This document shows positions 1 through 10,624 of a stretch of DNA of 64,000 nucleotides, piece after piece. The stretch lies in contig CAXMWX010000007.1 in NCBI GenBank assembly GCA_963422205.2, positions 149,508-213,507 on the forward strand, read 5' to 3'. Both the position numbers and the translations under genes were made by a program. Under the pieces are notes generated by a model. The model searched no databases and was not told the DNA's origin. It saw only the letters and a list, made by a program, of their open reading frames with translations. This DNA is from Gammaproteobacteria bacterium (GTDB lineage Bacteria; Pseudomonadota; Gammaproteobacteria; Eutrophobiales; Eutrophobiaceae). Position 1 is the stretch's first letter. Every line of letters starts with the position of its first letter.

Positions 1-44
1 ACGGGTGGAGTCAAGACGAACCGGAATGATGATAATAAAATCAT

Positions 45-236
45 TCACGGCGGGTAGTTTTCCACCTCCTCATCGTTGAGGCTGCGCGCTTCGGACTCCA
101 GCATCACCGGAATCCCGTCACGCACCGGATAGGCCAGCCTGGCCGCCAGGGAGATAAGCTCCTGTCTGTCCTTATCGTAGATCAGCGGCGCTTTGGTGGC
201 CGGGCAGACAAGAATATCAAGCAGTTTTTTATCCAC
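45..236 (-). CDS. ycaR: Trm112/UPF0434 family protein
   Basis: [12 protein letters not shown]...[11 protein letters not shown] pattern; overlaps lpxK stop; GTG start at 236 inferred. Confidence 0.9.
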   Translation of the reverse strand: MDKKLLDILVCPATKAPLIYDKDRQELISLAARLAYPVRDGIPVMLESEARSLNDEEVENYPP

Positions 237-1221
237 AAACCCTCTCCTCAAGCAAAAGTGTCAAGCGGCTGGCAAATGAAGCGGGCAGTTGTGCCTCGAT
301 TGGCACATACCAGGCATCATCCAGCACCAGCCGACGGCATTTTACGGCATCTTTTTCGGTCATGACCACCGCCTCACCCGGCTTCACAAAATCAAAATCC
401 GCTTGTTGATAGGCGTGATGATCAGGAAACAGATGTTTTTTGACGGTCAGGCCAGCCTGCTGCAAGCTGTCGATGAACCGGTGCGGGTTGGCAATGCCGG
501 CAACCGCATGCACCGTCCGGCCCTGCAGGGCGGCCGGGCTGTGCGCCCGATCATCGGCCAATGACACCAGTGCCAGCGCCTTGTAACACATGCGCTTCTC
601 ATGCGCCAGCGCCCGCTCTTTGGCAACAATCATATCGCAGGTCGACAGGCGCTTGACAGATTCGCGCAGCGGCCCGGCCGGCAGGGGAAAGCCATTGCCA
701 AACCGTCGATCCCCATCAATCACCACAATTTCAATATCGCGGTGCAAGGCATGATGTTGCAGCCCATCATCACACAGGATGATATCGCATTGCTGATGTG
801 TGATTAACTCCCTGGCCGCGGCGGCTCTTGCCGATGCCACCGCCACCGGGCAGGCCGTCCGCAGCACCAGCAGAACCGCCTCATCACCGACCATGGCGGG
901 ATCACTGTCCGCTGTCACCTGCACAGGCCGGGCGGGCAGCCGCCCGCCATAGCCCCGGCAGACGATGCCCGGATGATAGCCCTGCTCACGCAGATAACGG
1001 CTTAACCAGATAACCAGCGGGGTCTTCCCCGCCCCCCCGACGGTCAGGTTGCCAACGATGATAACCGGCACCGGCAGCCGGCTGACAGCGAGGATACCGG
1101 TCATATACAAGGCCCGATGCAATCGTGCGATGATCTGAAAAAGCCAGCTTAACGGCAGCAACAGGCAGGCAGGCCAACGCCCCTTATACCAGAGTGAGAC
1201 GAAAGCATGGTGAGTCCACAT
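229..1221 (-). CDS. lpxK: Tetraacyldisaccharide 4'-kinase
   Basis: [26 protein letters not shown] and MTEKDAVK motifs. Confidence 0.97.
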   Translation of the reverse strand: MWTHHAFVSLWYKGRWPACLLLPLSWLFQIIARLHRALYMTGILAVSRLPVPVIIVGNLTVGGAGKTPLVIWLSRYLREQGYHPGIVCRGYGGRLPARPVQVTADSDPAMVGDEAVLLVLRTACPVAVASARAAAARELITHQQCDIILCDDGLQHHALHRDIEIVVIDGDRRFGNGFPLPAGPLRESVKRLSTCDMIVAKERALAHEKRMCYKALALVSLADDRAHSPAALQGRTVHAVAGIANPHRFIDSLQQAGLTVKKHLFPDHHAYQQADFDFVKPGEAVVMTEKDAVKCRRLVLDDAWYVPIEAQLPASFASRLTLLLEERVCG

Positions 1222-1251
1222 GCGCCTGCTCAGATCATAAATGGACAGCGA

Positions 1252-1677
1252 TCAGGACTCATCCTCATCCAAAATCCGGGTGGCAAAGGTGATCTTCACC
1301 AGGTCCAGCTGCCGGGCGGCATCCATGACCCGGATGACGGCCTGATGGGTTGCCCCGGCATCGGCATTGATGATTACCGGGATATCCTCTCTATCGTGCA
1401 GAGAATCCCGCAGGGCTTCCTTGATCGTCTGTAGCTGGGCATTGAGCAGGGGACGATCATTGATAAAGATGCGCTCATCGGCATCAATGGCGATTCTGAT
1501 CACGTCCGGCTTGCTGTCAACATACTCCCTGGAGGCCTCCGGCAGGGTAATATTGATCTCCGATTCATGCTCAAATGTGGTCGAGACCATGAAAAAAATC
1601 AGCAGCAGAAACACCACATCAATCAGCGGAGTGATATTCACATCCACCTCTTCTTTTTTCCCGATCTTGAAATTCAC
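1252..1677 (-). CDS. exbD: Biopolymer transport protein ExbD/TolR family
   Basis: NITPLIDVVFLLLIFFMV transmembrane motif; follows an ExbB-family gene. Confidence 0.93.
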   Translation of the reverse strand: MNFKIGKKEEVDVNITPLIDVVFLLLIFFMVSTTFEHESEINITLPEASREYVDSKPDVIRIAIDADERIFINDRPLLNAQLQTIKEALRDSLHDREDIPVIINADAGATHQAVIRVMDAARQLDLVKITFATRILDEDES

Positions 1678-2318
1678 CGTGCCGCCGCCCTGCCCTTCGT
1701 GCTGCTGGCCTGCTGTTTGTCACCGTGCATGACCTCCACCATCTTCAGCGCCTCCTGTTCCATCGCCACGACCAGCTCATCCACCCGACCACGGAAAAAA
1801 CGATAAAACATCAATGAGGGAATGGCGATCGTCAGCCCGGCGGCGGTGGTGATCAGTGCCTCGGAAATCCCCTCGGCCAGAATCCCCGGATCGCCCACCC
1901 CTTCGGTGGTGATCACCGCAAACACCTTGATCATGCCGATCACCGTGCCGAGCAGACCAAGCAGCGGTGTGATAGAGGCTATCGTGCCCAAGGTGTTTAA
2001 AAATCGCTCAAGCTCATGTGCCACATGCCGACCGGCCTCCTCAATGCTTTCTTTCATGAACTCACGGGGGTGATTACGGTTCACCAGGCCAACCGCAAGC
2101 ACCCGGCCGAGAGCCGAAGTCCTTCTCAGCATCTGCATATTCTCAGCATCCAGGCCCCCGCTGTTATTCCATTTCCACACCGTGGCCACCAGATCTTTGG
2201 GCGCAATCCGGCTGGTTCGCAATGACCAGAACCGCTCGGCAATAATTGCCAGAGAAATGACTGAACACAGTAACAAGGGCCACATCAAAAAACCGCCCGC
2301 CTTCATTAATTCAAGCAC
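1674..2318 (-). CDS. exbB: MotA/TolQ/ExbB proton channel family protein
   Basis: PLLGLLGTVIGMI and GISEALITTAAGL motifs; GTG start at 2318 with GGAGG upstream. Confidence 0.92.
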   Translation of the reverse strand: MLELMKAGGFLMWPLLLCSVISLAIIAERFWSLRTSRIAPKDLVATVWKWNNSGGLDAENMQMLRRTSALGRVLAVGLVNRNHPREFMKESIEEAGRHVAHELERFLNTLGTIASITPLLGLLGTVIGMIKVFAVITTEGVGDPGILAEGISEALITTAAGLTIAIPSLMFYRFFRGRVDELVVAMEQEALKMVEVMHGDKQQASSTKGRAAAR

Positions 2319-2362
2319 ATCGACCTCCGGTAATGATGATTGGGTTGTATCGCCGTATAAAT

Positions 2363-4663
2363 TCAAGGCTCTCTGCCCTCGGCCAGGGCGTCAGTATGCC
2401 AGAATCGACGGTGAATTTGCCGATGTTCCGACCATACAATCGTCGGGCCGGCGATGGTGAACGTCAACGCACCACTGACATAGCTATACAGCAATGTCGC
2501 CCCGGCCTCCCGATAGCGCTGGATTATAGCCTGTTTTGGCAAATGAAAGCGGTTCCTGTAGCCCACGGGAAACACCGCAAACACAGGGCGGGTGGCACGA
2601 ATGAAGGCCGGGCTGGATGAGGTCGCACTGCCGTGGTGCGGCACCAGCAAAATATCCGCATCCAGCTGATCGTCGCCTGCTGCCAGCAGCGCCCGTTCAG
2701 CCGCTTTTTCTATATCGCCCGGCAGCAGAATGCGAATCTCGGAATTCGATATCGCCAGCACACACGAGGCATTATTGCCGGTGAATCTGTCAGCCTGCCC
2801 GGGGTGCAGCAGCGACAGGGTTATCCCGTGCCATTGCCACTGCTGCCCGGCCTGACAATAAGCGGCATCAGCAGCCGGTATCGCCGCCGGTACGCTGGCA
2901 TAAATCCTGCCCACCGAGACAGCAGCCAGGATATCCTGCAAGCCACCGCTGTGATCCAGATCAGCATGGCTTTGAATGATGACATCCAGATGCCTGATCC
3001 CATGGTGGTGCAGATAAGGCAACACCACCGCCTGGCCGGTATTAAAACCGCTGGAAAACGCCGGGCCGGTATCATAGAGCAAGGTATGTGATCGGGTCTG
3101 AAGCAACACCGACAAGCCCTGCCCGACATCGAACACCGTCAACACCATGGCATCACTGGCAAGTCTTACTGGCCGGTATAAGGCCAGCGGCAGCAGGAGA
3201 AACACACACAAAAAGCCAGGAAACAGCCCCCTGGGAGCCAGCAGCACGACCACCGCCATGAGCGTGCAGAGTTTTATGTATAGTGGCAGATAAGGGAGTT
3301 GCAACTGGGCAAACGGCAACCCGCCGAGCCAGCGCATCACCAGCCAGAACGCCGTGATGCTGGCCTCACACAGGGTAAAAAAATATTCGGCTATGGGTAA
3401 GTCCAGCAGGCTGAACACAGTCGCCAGGAAAGCCGAGGGTACGGTGATAAAACTCACCCAGGGAATCGCCAGCAGATTGGCCGGTATGCTTAAAGTCGGG
3501 ACCTGCCCGAACAACACCAGCAACACCGGCAACAAGCCCAGGCCAATACAATATTGCAGCTTGAGCCAGGTCTGCATATAGCCGGGACGGTTGGCCCGCT
3601 GCACGGTGATCAGCAAGATGATCAACACAGCAGCGAACGATAACCAGAAGCTGTAAGACAAGGGCGCAAACGGATCATGCAGCAATACAGCCAGCAGGGC
3701 GAGGCCATAGACCGCCATGCTGCTGATACGCCGCCGGCCTAACAAAGCCAGCAAAACCGCCGCTATCATCAGCAAGGCACGCTGTGTCGGCAGGCTGAAG
3801 CCGGCCAGGGCGGCATAGACAGTTGCCATCAGCAAGGCAGACAGCGCACCGACATACTGCGCCGGCAGCCCGACCACAGGCAACAGGGTCACCGACCAGA
3901 GCCAGCGCCCCAGAAAAAACCCAAAGGCTGCCATCAAGCCGATGTGCAAACCGGAGATGGCCAGCAAATGCCCGGTGCCGGTCTTTTGCACGATCTGCCA
4001 GTCCGCCGCCTGCATCTGGCTTCTGTCGCCCAGCACCAGCGCCAGAATGAGGGGTGAGGCCGCCTGCCCTAGCAGGTGCTGGCGGATGTATTCCCGAAGC
4101 CCATGGTAATTGTAAACCGACGTATCCGACTGCACGGTGACCGGCTGCCTGGCCACCACATAACCCAGCGCCCGGATATCACGCTGATACAACCAGCGTT
4201 CATAATCAAAGCCACCCGGATTCATAAAGCCGTAAGGCCGCTTGAGCCGGGCCGACAGGCAGAGGTGCTGGCCGGCCAGTAGCTGGCGGGTCGGGTTATA
4301 CCAGTTTAACCTGACCGTTTGCGGAAATGCCGTGAGATGGCGATCATGCAGGCGGGCTGATTTGACAGTAAAATCAAACCGGCTGCGGTGTGCCTGTCGT
4401 GCCGGCAGGCTGCTGACTGTGCCACACAGCGACAGGGTCTTCCCCTCAAGTGCCGGGTCAAGCCGGTCCCTCTCGGCCTGGTGGGCTGAGAAAACCGTCC
4501 ACAGAAAGCCCGACAACACCATGGCGAATAACCGTAAATAACAGCCACGTGTGAGCAGCCAGAGAACGGCAGGCAGCAGGACAAAAATCAGCGGCGGGGG
4601 CAGGTCGGGAAGTTGCAGGCACAGCAAAATGCCAAGCAAAAAACTAACCGAGATGGCGAACAT
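2363..4663 (-). CDS. comEC: DNA internalization competence protein ComEC/Rec2
   Basis: NPGGFDYE, HLLAISGLH, DVGQG, SHADLDHSGG and VPHHGS motifs; many TM segments. Confidence 0.96.
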   Translation of the reverse strand: MFAISVSFLLGILLCLQLPDLPPPLIFVLLPAVLWLLTRGCYLRLFAMVLSGFLWTVFSAHQAERDRLDPALEGKTLSLCGTVSSLPARQAHRSRFDFTVKSARLHDRHLTAFPQTVRLNWYNPTRQLLAGQHLCLSARLKRPYGFMNPGGFDYERWLYQRDIRALGYVVARQPVTVQSDTSVYNYHGLREYIRQHLLGQAASPLILALVLGDRSQMQAADWQIVQKTGTGHLLAISGLHIGLMAAFGFFLGRWLWSVTLLPVVGLPAQYVGALSALLMATVYAALAGFSLPTQRALLMIAAVLLALLGRRRISSMAVYGLALLAVLLHDPFAPLSYSFWLSFAAVLIILLITVQRANRPGYMQTWLKLQYCIGLGLLPVLLVLFGQVPTLSIPANLLAIPWVSFITVPSAFLATVFSLLDLPIAEYFFTLCEASITAFWLVMRWLGGLPFAQLQLPYLPLYIKLCTLMAVVVLLAPRGLFPGFLCVFLLLPLALYRPVRLASDAMVLTVFDVGQGLSVLLQTRSHTLLYDTGPAFSSGFNTGQAVVLPYLHHHGIRHLDVIIQSHADLDHSGGLQDILAAVSVGRIYASVPAAIPAADAAYCQAGQQWQWHGITLSLLHPGQADRFTGNNASCVLAISNSEIRILLPGDIEKAAERALLAAGDDQLDADILLVPHHGSATSSSPAFIRATRPVFAVFPVGYRNRFHLPKQAIIQRYREAGATLLYSYVSGALTFTIAGPTIVWSEHRQIHRRFWHTDALAEGREP

Positions 4664-4837
4664 GCAGCACTCCCTAGCCTGATACGAGGTCATTTCCTAA
4701 CCCTCATATCCTAGCCTGATAGCGGTTTGGCGTCCAGCATCTGGCATGGTCAAGCCGAAGACATGTTGGCTATAATGCTGTGTTTTTTCAGACAACTTGA
4801 TATCCATCATGGGGATATCCATCATGGGGCATCTATC

Positions 4838-5371
4838 ATGGGATTAAAGCGATTTTTCCAACGCATCCTGCCGCACAAGGAGCATTTTACCCAACACAAA
4901 CACCTCGCCTGGTTAGGCAACATTCTGCATGATCCGGATATTTTTCATATCACCCGGCGCTCCATGTCGGGCGGTGTGGCCGTGGGTTTGTCTCTGGCCT
5001 TTATCCCCATCCCCGGGCAAACGATCCTCGCCGCCCTGGCAGCGATCTATTTTCGTGTCAACCTGGCCCTGGCCATCACGCTGGTCTGGATCACCAATCC
5101 ATTGACACTGCCGGCCATCTTTTATCTTGCCTATAAAACCGGGGCGCTGTTATTGAATGAGCCGCTGATGCCGGTCAGCTTTGAATTTTCCTACAGCTGG
5201 CTGAACGATAAGATAAGTACACTGTGGGATGTGGTGCTGGTCGGCTGCCTTGCCCTGTCCACAACGGCAGGTGTGCTGGGTTATCTCATCACCGATTATG
5301 CCTGGCGGCTGGCCGTTGTGCGAAAAATGCAGGCGAGAAAACAGCGGAAATCGTCAGATCGGATCACCTGA
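4838..5371 (+). CDS. DUF2062 family membrane protein
   Basis: WITNPLT motif; typical position between comEC and lolD. Confidence 0.85.
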   Translation: MGLKRFFQRILPHKEHFTQHKHLAWLGNILHDPDIFHITRRSMSGGVAVGLSLAFIPIPGQTILAALAAIYFRVNLALAITLVWITNPLTLPAIFYLAYKTGALLLNEPLMPVSFEFSYSWLNDKISTLWDVVLVGCLALSTTAGVLGYLITDYAWRLAVVRKMQARKQRKSSDRIT

Positions 5372-5388
5372 AAAACCCCGAACACACC

Positions 5389-6078
5389 TCAGCCGGCATA
5401 GCTGCAAAGCTGCCCGTTGGTCAGCTCATACACCGCATCAAAATTATTCAGCAAGGAAAGATTATGCGTCACCATCACCATGCTGACAGCGTGGGTTTTA
5501 TTTAACGCCAGCAGCAATTCAAAGACATGCTGTGCTGTCTTCTCATCCAGATTACCGGTCGGCTCATCGGCCAACAGACAGGCCGGCCGGCTGATCAAGG
5601 CCCGGGCGATCGCCACCCGCTGCCGTTCCCCGCCGGACATCTCTGCCGGTTTATGCCGCCGCCGGTCTGCCAGCCCCACATCCGCCAGCATCTGGCCGGC
5701 CTGCTGCTTCACCGTTGCTGTATCCTCACCACGCACCAGCAGCGGCATGGCCACGTTCTCCAGTGCTGTGAACTCCGGCAGCAGATGATGGAACTGATAC
5801 ACAAACGCCAGCGTCCGATTCCTTACCTGGCTAAGTGCCGGCTCCCCCAGGTGCTGCAATGTCCTGCCCTTGACAGTGACCGTGCCGGCAGAGGGCGTAT
5901 CAAGGCCGCCCAAAAGGTGCAGCAAGGTACTTTTGCCAGAGCCTGATGCGCCGACAATGCCGATACACTGGCCTTGCAAGACCGCCAGATCAACCCCCCG
6001 CAATACCTCCACGGACAGCACCCCCTCATGGAATGATTTTTTCAGCCCCTGACAGCCAAGCACCAGTGCCTCATTCAT
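5389..6078 (-). CDS. lolD: Lipoprotein-releasing ABC transporter ATP-binding protein
   Basis: GASGSGKST, YQFHHLLPEFTALENV, SGGERQR and DEPTGNLD motifs. Confidence 0.96.
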   Translation of the reverse strand: MNEALVLGCQGLKKSFHEGVLSVEVLRGVDLAVLQGQCIGIVGASGSGKSTLLHLLGGLDTPSAGTVTVKGRTLQHLGEPALSQVRNRTLAFVYQFHHLLPEFTALENVAMPLLVRGEDTATVKQQAGQMLADVGLADRRRHKPAEMSGGERQRVAIARALISRPACLLADEPTGNLDEKTAQHVFELLLALNKTHAVSMVMVTHNLSLLNNFDAVYELTNGQLCSYAG

Positions 6079-7315
6079 AGCGCAGGGCCTCGGCCGGGTT
6101 GATACGTGATGCCCGAAAGGCCGGGTAGAGCGTGGCGGTTAAGCTGAAGATAAAGGCAACGCTGTTGATAATGATGACATCACGCCAGCGCAGGTCCGAA
6201 GGCAACTCGCTGATGTAATAAATACTGGCATCGAGAAAATCGGTATTCAACCAGCGCTCGATGGCCGGCACGATGGTCTCGACATGGCTCGCCAGGGCGA
6301 TCCCCGCCACATTGCCCAGCAGAATCCCCACCACGCCAATCACCATGCCCTGGATCATAAAAATACCCATGATGCGCCCGGGCGTGACACCCAGCGTCCT
6401 CAAGACGGCAATATCGGCTTGCTTGTCCGAGACCACCATCACCAGCGTGGAAATGATGTTGAAGGCAGCCACGGCAACAATCAGCGCCAGGATAAAGGCC
6501 ATCACTGTCTTCTCCGTCTTCAGTGCCTTGAAGAAATTGCGGTGCCGCTGTGTCCAGTCAATCACACCATAGCGTCCTGGTATGGCCTGCATGATGTCCC
6601 GGCTCACAGCAGGCGCCCGCAGCATATCGGCCGTCTTCAGCCGCAAACCGGCCGGTGCGTCCCGGCGAAAAAGTGTCAGCGCATCAGCAAGATGAATAAG
6701 CGCAAGGCCACTGTCAAATTCCCCCATCCCCACTTCAAACGTGCCTATGACAGTGAAGCGCTTCAGCCTTGGCAACAGACCCGCCGGCGTGATGCCGGCC
6801 TCTGGTACGATCAGGGTGATCTTGTCGCCTGTCAGCACGCCCAGGGTACGTGCCGCCTCAGCCCCCAGAATAATGCCGAAACCGCCCGCTTGAAGATCAG
6901 CAAAACGCCCGCTCGCCATCCGCCCGGCGATGACAGATACCCGGGCCTCCTCTGCCGGCAGAATGCCGCGAATCACACTGCCCTGCACACGTTTATCAAA
7001 CACCAGCATCCCCTCGGCACGAAAATAGGGCGCCACGGCGATGATCTCCGGGTGCCGCTGTATCTGCTGTGCCAGCGTGCGCCAGTCCTGCAAGTCGCCA
7101 CTGTAATCTATGATCGTTGCATGTGCCGCCATGCCCAGGATGCGCTCCTTTAATTCTTTTTCAAACCCGTTCATGACAGATAACACCGTGATCAAGGCCA
7201 TCACCCCCAGGCCAATGCCCAGCATGGAGATCAGAGAAATGAAAGAGATAAAATGATTGCGGCGCTTTGCCCGTACATACCGCAGGCCGATGAATGCCTC
7301 GAATGGTTTATACAT
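6071..7315 (-). CDS. Lipoprotein-releasing ABC transporter permease (single LolC/E-family gene)
   Basis: RRNHFISFIS, SVMNGFE, AAFNIISTL and PAEALRYE motifs; upstream of lolD. Confidence 0.95.
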   Translation of the reverse strand: MYKPFEAFIGLRYVRAKRRNHFISFISLISMLGIGLGVMALITVLSVMNGFEKELKERILGMAAHATIIDYSGDLQDWRTLAQQIQRHPEIIAVAPYFRAEGMLVFDKRVQGSVIRGILPAEEARVSVIAGRMASGRFADLQAGGFGIILGAEAARTLGVLTGDKITLIVPEAGITPAGLLPRLKRFTVIGTFEVGMGEFDSGLALIHLADALTLFRRDAPAGLRLKTADMLRAPAVSRDIMQAIPGRYGVIDWTQRHRNFFKALKTEKTVMAFILALIVAVAAFNIISTLVMVVSDKQADIAVLRTLGVTPGRIMGIFMIQGMVIGVVGILLGNVAGIALASHVETIVPAIERWLNTDFLDASIYYISELPSDLRWRDVIIINSVAFIFSLTATLYPAFRASRINPAEALRYE

Positions 7316-7391
7316 GCGCTGGATTATAAATGACGCCAGGGTTACTATCACGCAAAACCTGTCCGGTCAGGTAAGTCTGTCATTTGCCGTT

Positions 7392-8069
7392 ATGAAAATC
7401 CTTGCCCTTGATACGTCAACTGAAGCCTGTTCAGCCGCCCTGCTGGTTGAGGATCAGATCAGCACATGCCGCCGCATCGCACCGCGCAAACATGCCGCCC
7501 TGATCCTGCCGATGATCGATTCCTTATTGCAGGCCGCCACGCTGCCATTAGCCGCACTTGATGCGATTGCATTCGGTCGTGGTCCGGGCGCATTCACCGG
7601 TGTACGCATAGCGGCGGGGGTGACACAGGGGCTGGCCTATGGCAGCGATCTGCCCGTGATCCCTATCTCCTCATTAGCCGCACTGGCACAGGCGGCCATC
7701 GACAAGGCAGAGACCATCATCGCCGCCATCGATGCCCGCATGGGAGAGATTTATTATGGTCAGTTCAGCACGGTCAGCGGGCGGGCAATACCGTTATGCG
7801 AAGAGCGAATCGGCAAGCCAGATCAAATAAAAACAGCGCAGATGATGCAGCATGCGACTGGAAGCCTCTATGGTATGGGCAGCGGCTGGGGGACATACGA
7901 AGCCGTGCTGCTGGCACACTGCCAGAACCGGCTGCGGGGATATGATGCCGAGGCCCTGCCGTTGGCCGAGCATATTCTCCCGCTGGCGATTGCGGCAGTT
8001 GAAGATAAGCAGGCACAACCCGCCAGCCAGGCCCTGCCGGTGTATCTGCGTAACCAAATCACAGATTAA
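7392..8069 (+). CDS. tsaB: tRNA threonylcarbamoyladenosine biosynthesis protein
   Basis: MKILALDTSTEACSAAL, GRGPGAFTGVRI, DARMGEIY and PVYLR motifs. Confidence 0.96.
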   Translation: MKILALDTSTEACSAALLVEDQISTCRRIAPRKHAALILPMIDSLLQAATLPLAALDAIAFGRGPGAFTGVRIAAGVTQGLAYGSDLPVIPISSLAALAQAAIDKAETIIAAIDARMGEIYYGQFSTVSGRAIPLCEERIGKPDQIKTAQMMQHATGSLYGMGSGWGTYEAVLLAHCQNRLRGYDAEALPLAEHILPLAIAAVEDKQAQPASQALPVYLRNQITD

Positions 8070-8240
8070 AATACAAAAACAGAGACAGCACTTACCATCC
8101 ATGTGGACGTGTATGCTATAGTATCTGCCATGAATATTGCTGCCTTTGCCCAGGCGCTGGATCATCAGGCGGCTGCGAAAGCGGGTATGCAGCATCTTGT
8201 CGACATCGACCATCACATTGAGCAATAAGAGACCACAAAC

Positions 8241-8528
8241 ATGAACATGGCAACCCTGATGATGACGACTATTGGCATAGGCATTTCCCTGGCCGGCCTG
8301 ATGATTGGCCTGGTGGCCTGGCTGCGAGCCGATACCCGCCGCATGGAAGATCGCTTGCGTGAAGATACGCGCCGCATGGAAGAGCGCTTGCAGGCGGAGA
8401 TCACGGCAATCCACAAGGACATCAACGCCCATCGTAAAGAGACTGCCCAGTTGCGTGAGCGCATGGCGCACCTGGAAGGGTTGCTTGATGGGCTGCGTGA
8501 GGCCATTGTTGCACGTGCCGCCGCCTGA
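8241..8528 (+). CDS. Small membrane-anchored coiled-coil protein
   Basis: N-terminal hydrophobic helix, 11-aa repeat DTRRMEDRLRE/DTRRMEERLQA, C-terminal RERMAHLEG. Confidence 0.7.
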   Translation: MNMATLMMTTIGIGISLAGLMIGLVAWLRADTRRMEDRLREDTRRMEERLQAEITAIHKDINAHRKETAQLRERMAHLEGLLDGLREAIVARAAA

Positions 8529-8635
8529 GTGATCTGCTTGCTAATCGACCCCCATACATAACCCAGCCAACACCAGAAGGACAACTATGACAAATTCCCG
8601 CACCAACACCACTGCAACAATGAGACTATGACCCC

Positions 8636-8995
8636 ATGAGCCAGGTCGCCTTTGACACCCTGAAATTTACCCGTCGGCTGAAAGAGGTCGGTGTCCCTGA
8701 ACGGCAGGCTGAGGCCGAAGCCGAGGCCATTAACGATGCTTTTAGTGAAGCCCTGAATACCCGGGTAGCGACCAAAGAGGATATTCAGAAGCTGAAGGAT
8801 GACATACAGGCATTCAAGGATGAGGTGAAAAAAGATACGCAAGGCTTGAAGGATGAAGTAACCAAGCTGGGCGCCAGGATGGATAACCTGGATACCGAGC
8901 TAACGGCCAGGATTAATCTGGTTCACTGGATGATCGGCTTTAACCTCATTATGACAACGGGCATACTTTGGAAGTTGTTCATCCCGGCAGCTTGA
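8636..8995 (+). CDS. DUF1640/CCDC90-like coiled-coil membrane protein, paralog 1
   Basis: [15 protein letters not shown] head, VATKEDI neck, coiled stalk, C-terminal TM (WMIGFNL). Confidence 0.85.
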   Translation: MSQVAFDTLKFTRRLKEVGVPERQAEAEAEAINDAFSEALNTRVATKEDIQKLKDDIQAFKDEVKKDTQGLKDEVTKLGARMDNLDTELTARINLVHWMIGFNLIMTTGILWKLFIPAA

Positions 8996-9075
8996 CCACA
9001 CCCATAACAAAACCATTAACACAACCATGACAAGCCCCCACATCAAAACCATCACAGCACTGAGATAATAAACCC

Positions 9076-9504
9076 ATGAGCCAAGTCGCCTTTGATACCT
9101 TGAAGTTTACCCGTCGGCTGAAAGAGGTCGGCGTCCCTGAACAGCAGGCTGAGGCCGAAGCGGAAGCCATTAACGATGCTTTTAGTGAAGCCCTGAATAC
9201 CCGGGTAGCGACCAAAGAGGATATTCAGAAGCTGAAGGACGACATGCAGGCATTCAAGGATGAGGTGAAAAAAGATGCACAAGGTTTGAAGGATGACATG
9301 CAGGCATTCAAGGATGAGGTGAAAGCAGATACGCAAGGCTTGAAGGATGACATGCAGGCATTCAAGGATGAGGTGAAAGCAGATACGCAAGGCTTGAAGG
9401 ATGAGGTGCAGGACATAAAGGCAGAGCAACGTCTGTTTAAGTGGATGATCGGCTTTAACCTCATTATGACAACGGGTATACTCTGGAAGTTGTTCAGCCA
9501 GTGA
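9076..9504 (+). CDS. DUF1640/CCDC90-like coiled-coil membrane protein, paralog 2
   Basis: Nearly identical to paralog 1 at both ends; stalk carries three 18-aa repeats. Confidence 0.85.
   Translation: MSQVAFDTLKFTRRLKEVGVPEQQAEAEAEAINDAFSEALNTRVATKEDIQKLKDDMQAFKDEVKKDAQGLKDDMQAFKDEVKADTQGLKDDMQAFKDEVKADTQGLKDEVQDIKAEQRLFKWMIGFNLIMTTGILWKLFSQ
9232..9393 (+). repeat. Three tandem 54-bp in-frame repeats (LKDDMQAFKDEVK[K/A]D[A/T]QG)
   Basis: Units start at 9232, 9286 and 9340; one unit in paralog 1. Confidence 0.95.
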
Positions 9505-10303
9505 CCTGACAGGAAACGCCCGACACGCACCTATGACTATGACAAATACCCCAAATTCAACAAACGACAGAAGCATAGCCATGATAAATCACACCAGCAG
9601 CGAACACCTTTACACCATCGCCATGCCAGACAATCAACGGTTGAGCAGCCGCTTTTCTACTGCCTGCGGTTTATCAATCTACCCCACACCCACAAGAAAT
9701 CACTAATAAAAACAAGATCTTACCTAACTTATCTAAAAAATATCACAACCGGCGGACGTGCCGCCAGCCACCGCAGCGCCCTGTCACCGGGGGGCGGTGT
9801 AGTATGGTCGGGATCAGCGCCGGTTCGGGGGGAGGATTTCCACGGGGCGGCAAGACAACCCTTATCACCAACAACCGCGCCAAATCTGCTCTAACCACGC
9901 GCCCGAGCGGCCTGCTCACCGGCGCAGGAAGGTCGGTAGTCCGCATGAAAACGGCTGGCAGAGCAGGCCGCACCAAAGTCGACATAAGCAAAGGCGGGAT
10001 CATAACCCGCAGGATAACGGGGGTCAGGGCCGACATCAGCCCGCCCGATAATCATGTGCTACGACATAACCCAAAGCCGTTCGCATTGGGCATTGGCATG
10101 AAAGCCACCGGCACAATCAGGGGCGACAGAGCCGAACTCACCCAATCCACTGCCTTGCCGGCGCTGATGTCGCCGGTTTGGTCACCCGAACCCACGCCGT
10201 TTGGCATAAACAGATAAAACCGATGGAGATAATCGCCATGAATCACCAACGCCCCCTGACCCGCAGCCTGTTGACGGCGGGTTTTGCCATTCACAAAGCC
10301 ACA

Positions 10304-10447
10304 GCTTCTTCGTTGCCGCTCAGAATCACAGGTGACTGTCCTCTTCTGAGCCGTCTATGCCTCCTCGTCATCCTGAGCAGTCGCAGACTGCGAAGAATCT
10401 GCCACCATCATCGGGGCGCAGCCTCCTCGCTGCCGTTCAGAATGACA
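10304..10447. repeat. REP-like palindromes (GTCAT[C/T]CTGAGC...GCGAAGAATCT family)
   Basis: GTCATCCTGAGC..GCGAAGAATCT...GTTCAGAATGAC inverted pair; same family at 33130-33345. Confidence 0.75.
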
Positions 10448-10624
10448 AAGAGAGGCAGAATGTCGAAAGGTGTCGCCGTTGCTGGTCGGGGCGCTGCCAC
10501 GACCCGAAGCTCGGTAGCCAAATCCGCCCTGACGATGCATCTGAAGACAGACAACCCAATGCCCCTTATAAAAGTGACCGATATGAAAATGATCACCATG
10601 AAAACGATCCCGGAAACAACCAAC

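Noticed and set aside
229-1677. msbA missing between exbD and lpxK
   Set aside because: This gene order without msbA occurs in other gammaproteobacteria; not unusual
4799-4842. Short tandem ATATCCATCATGGGG repeat before the DUF2062 gene
   Set aside because: Two to three copies of a 15-mer at the start region; probably a local duplication with no further support
9232-9393. 54-bp repeats as CRISPR
   Set aside because: Contiguous in-frame coding repeats with no spacers
9560-10300. ORFs or a riboswitch upstream of the adhesin
   Set aside because: Overlapping short ORFs with no recognisable motifs, and no riboswitch consensus I could match
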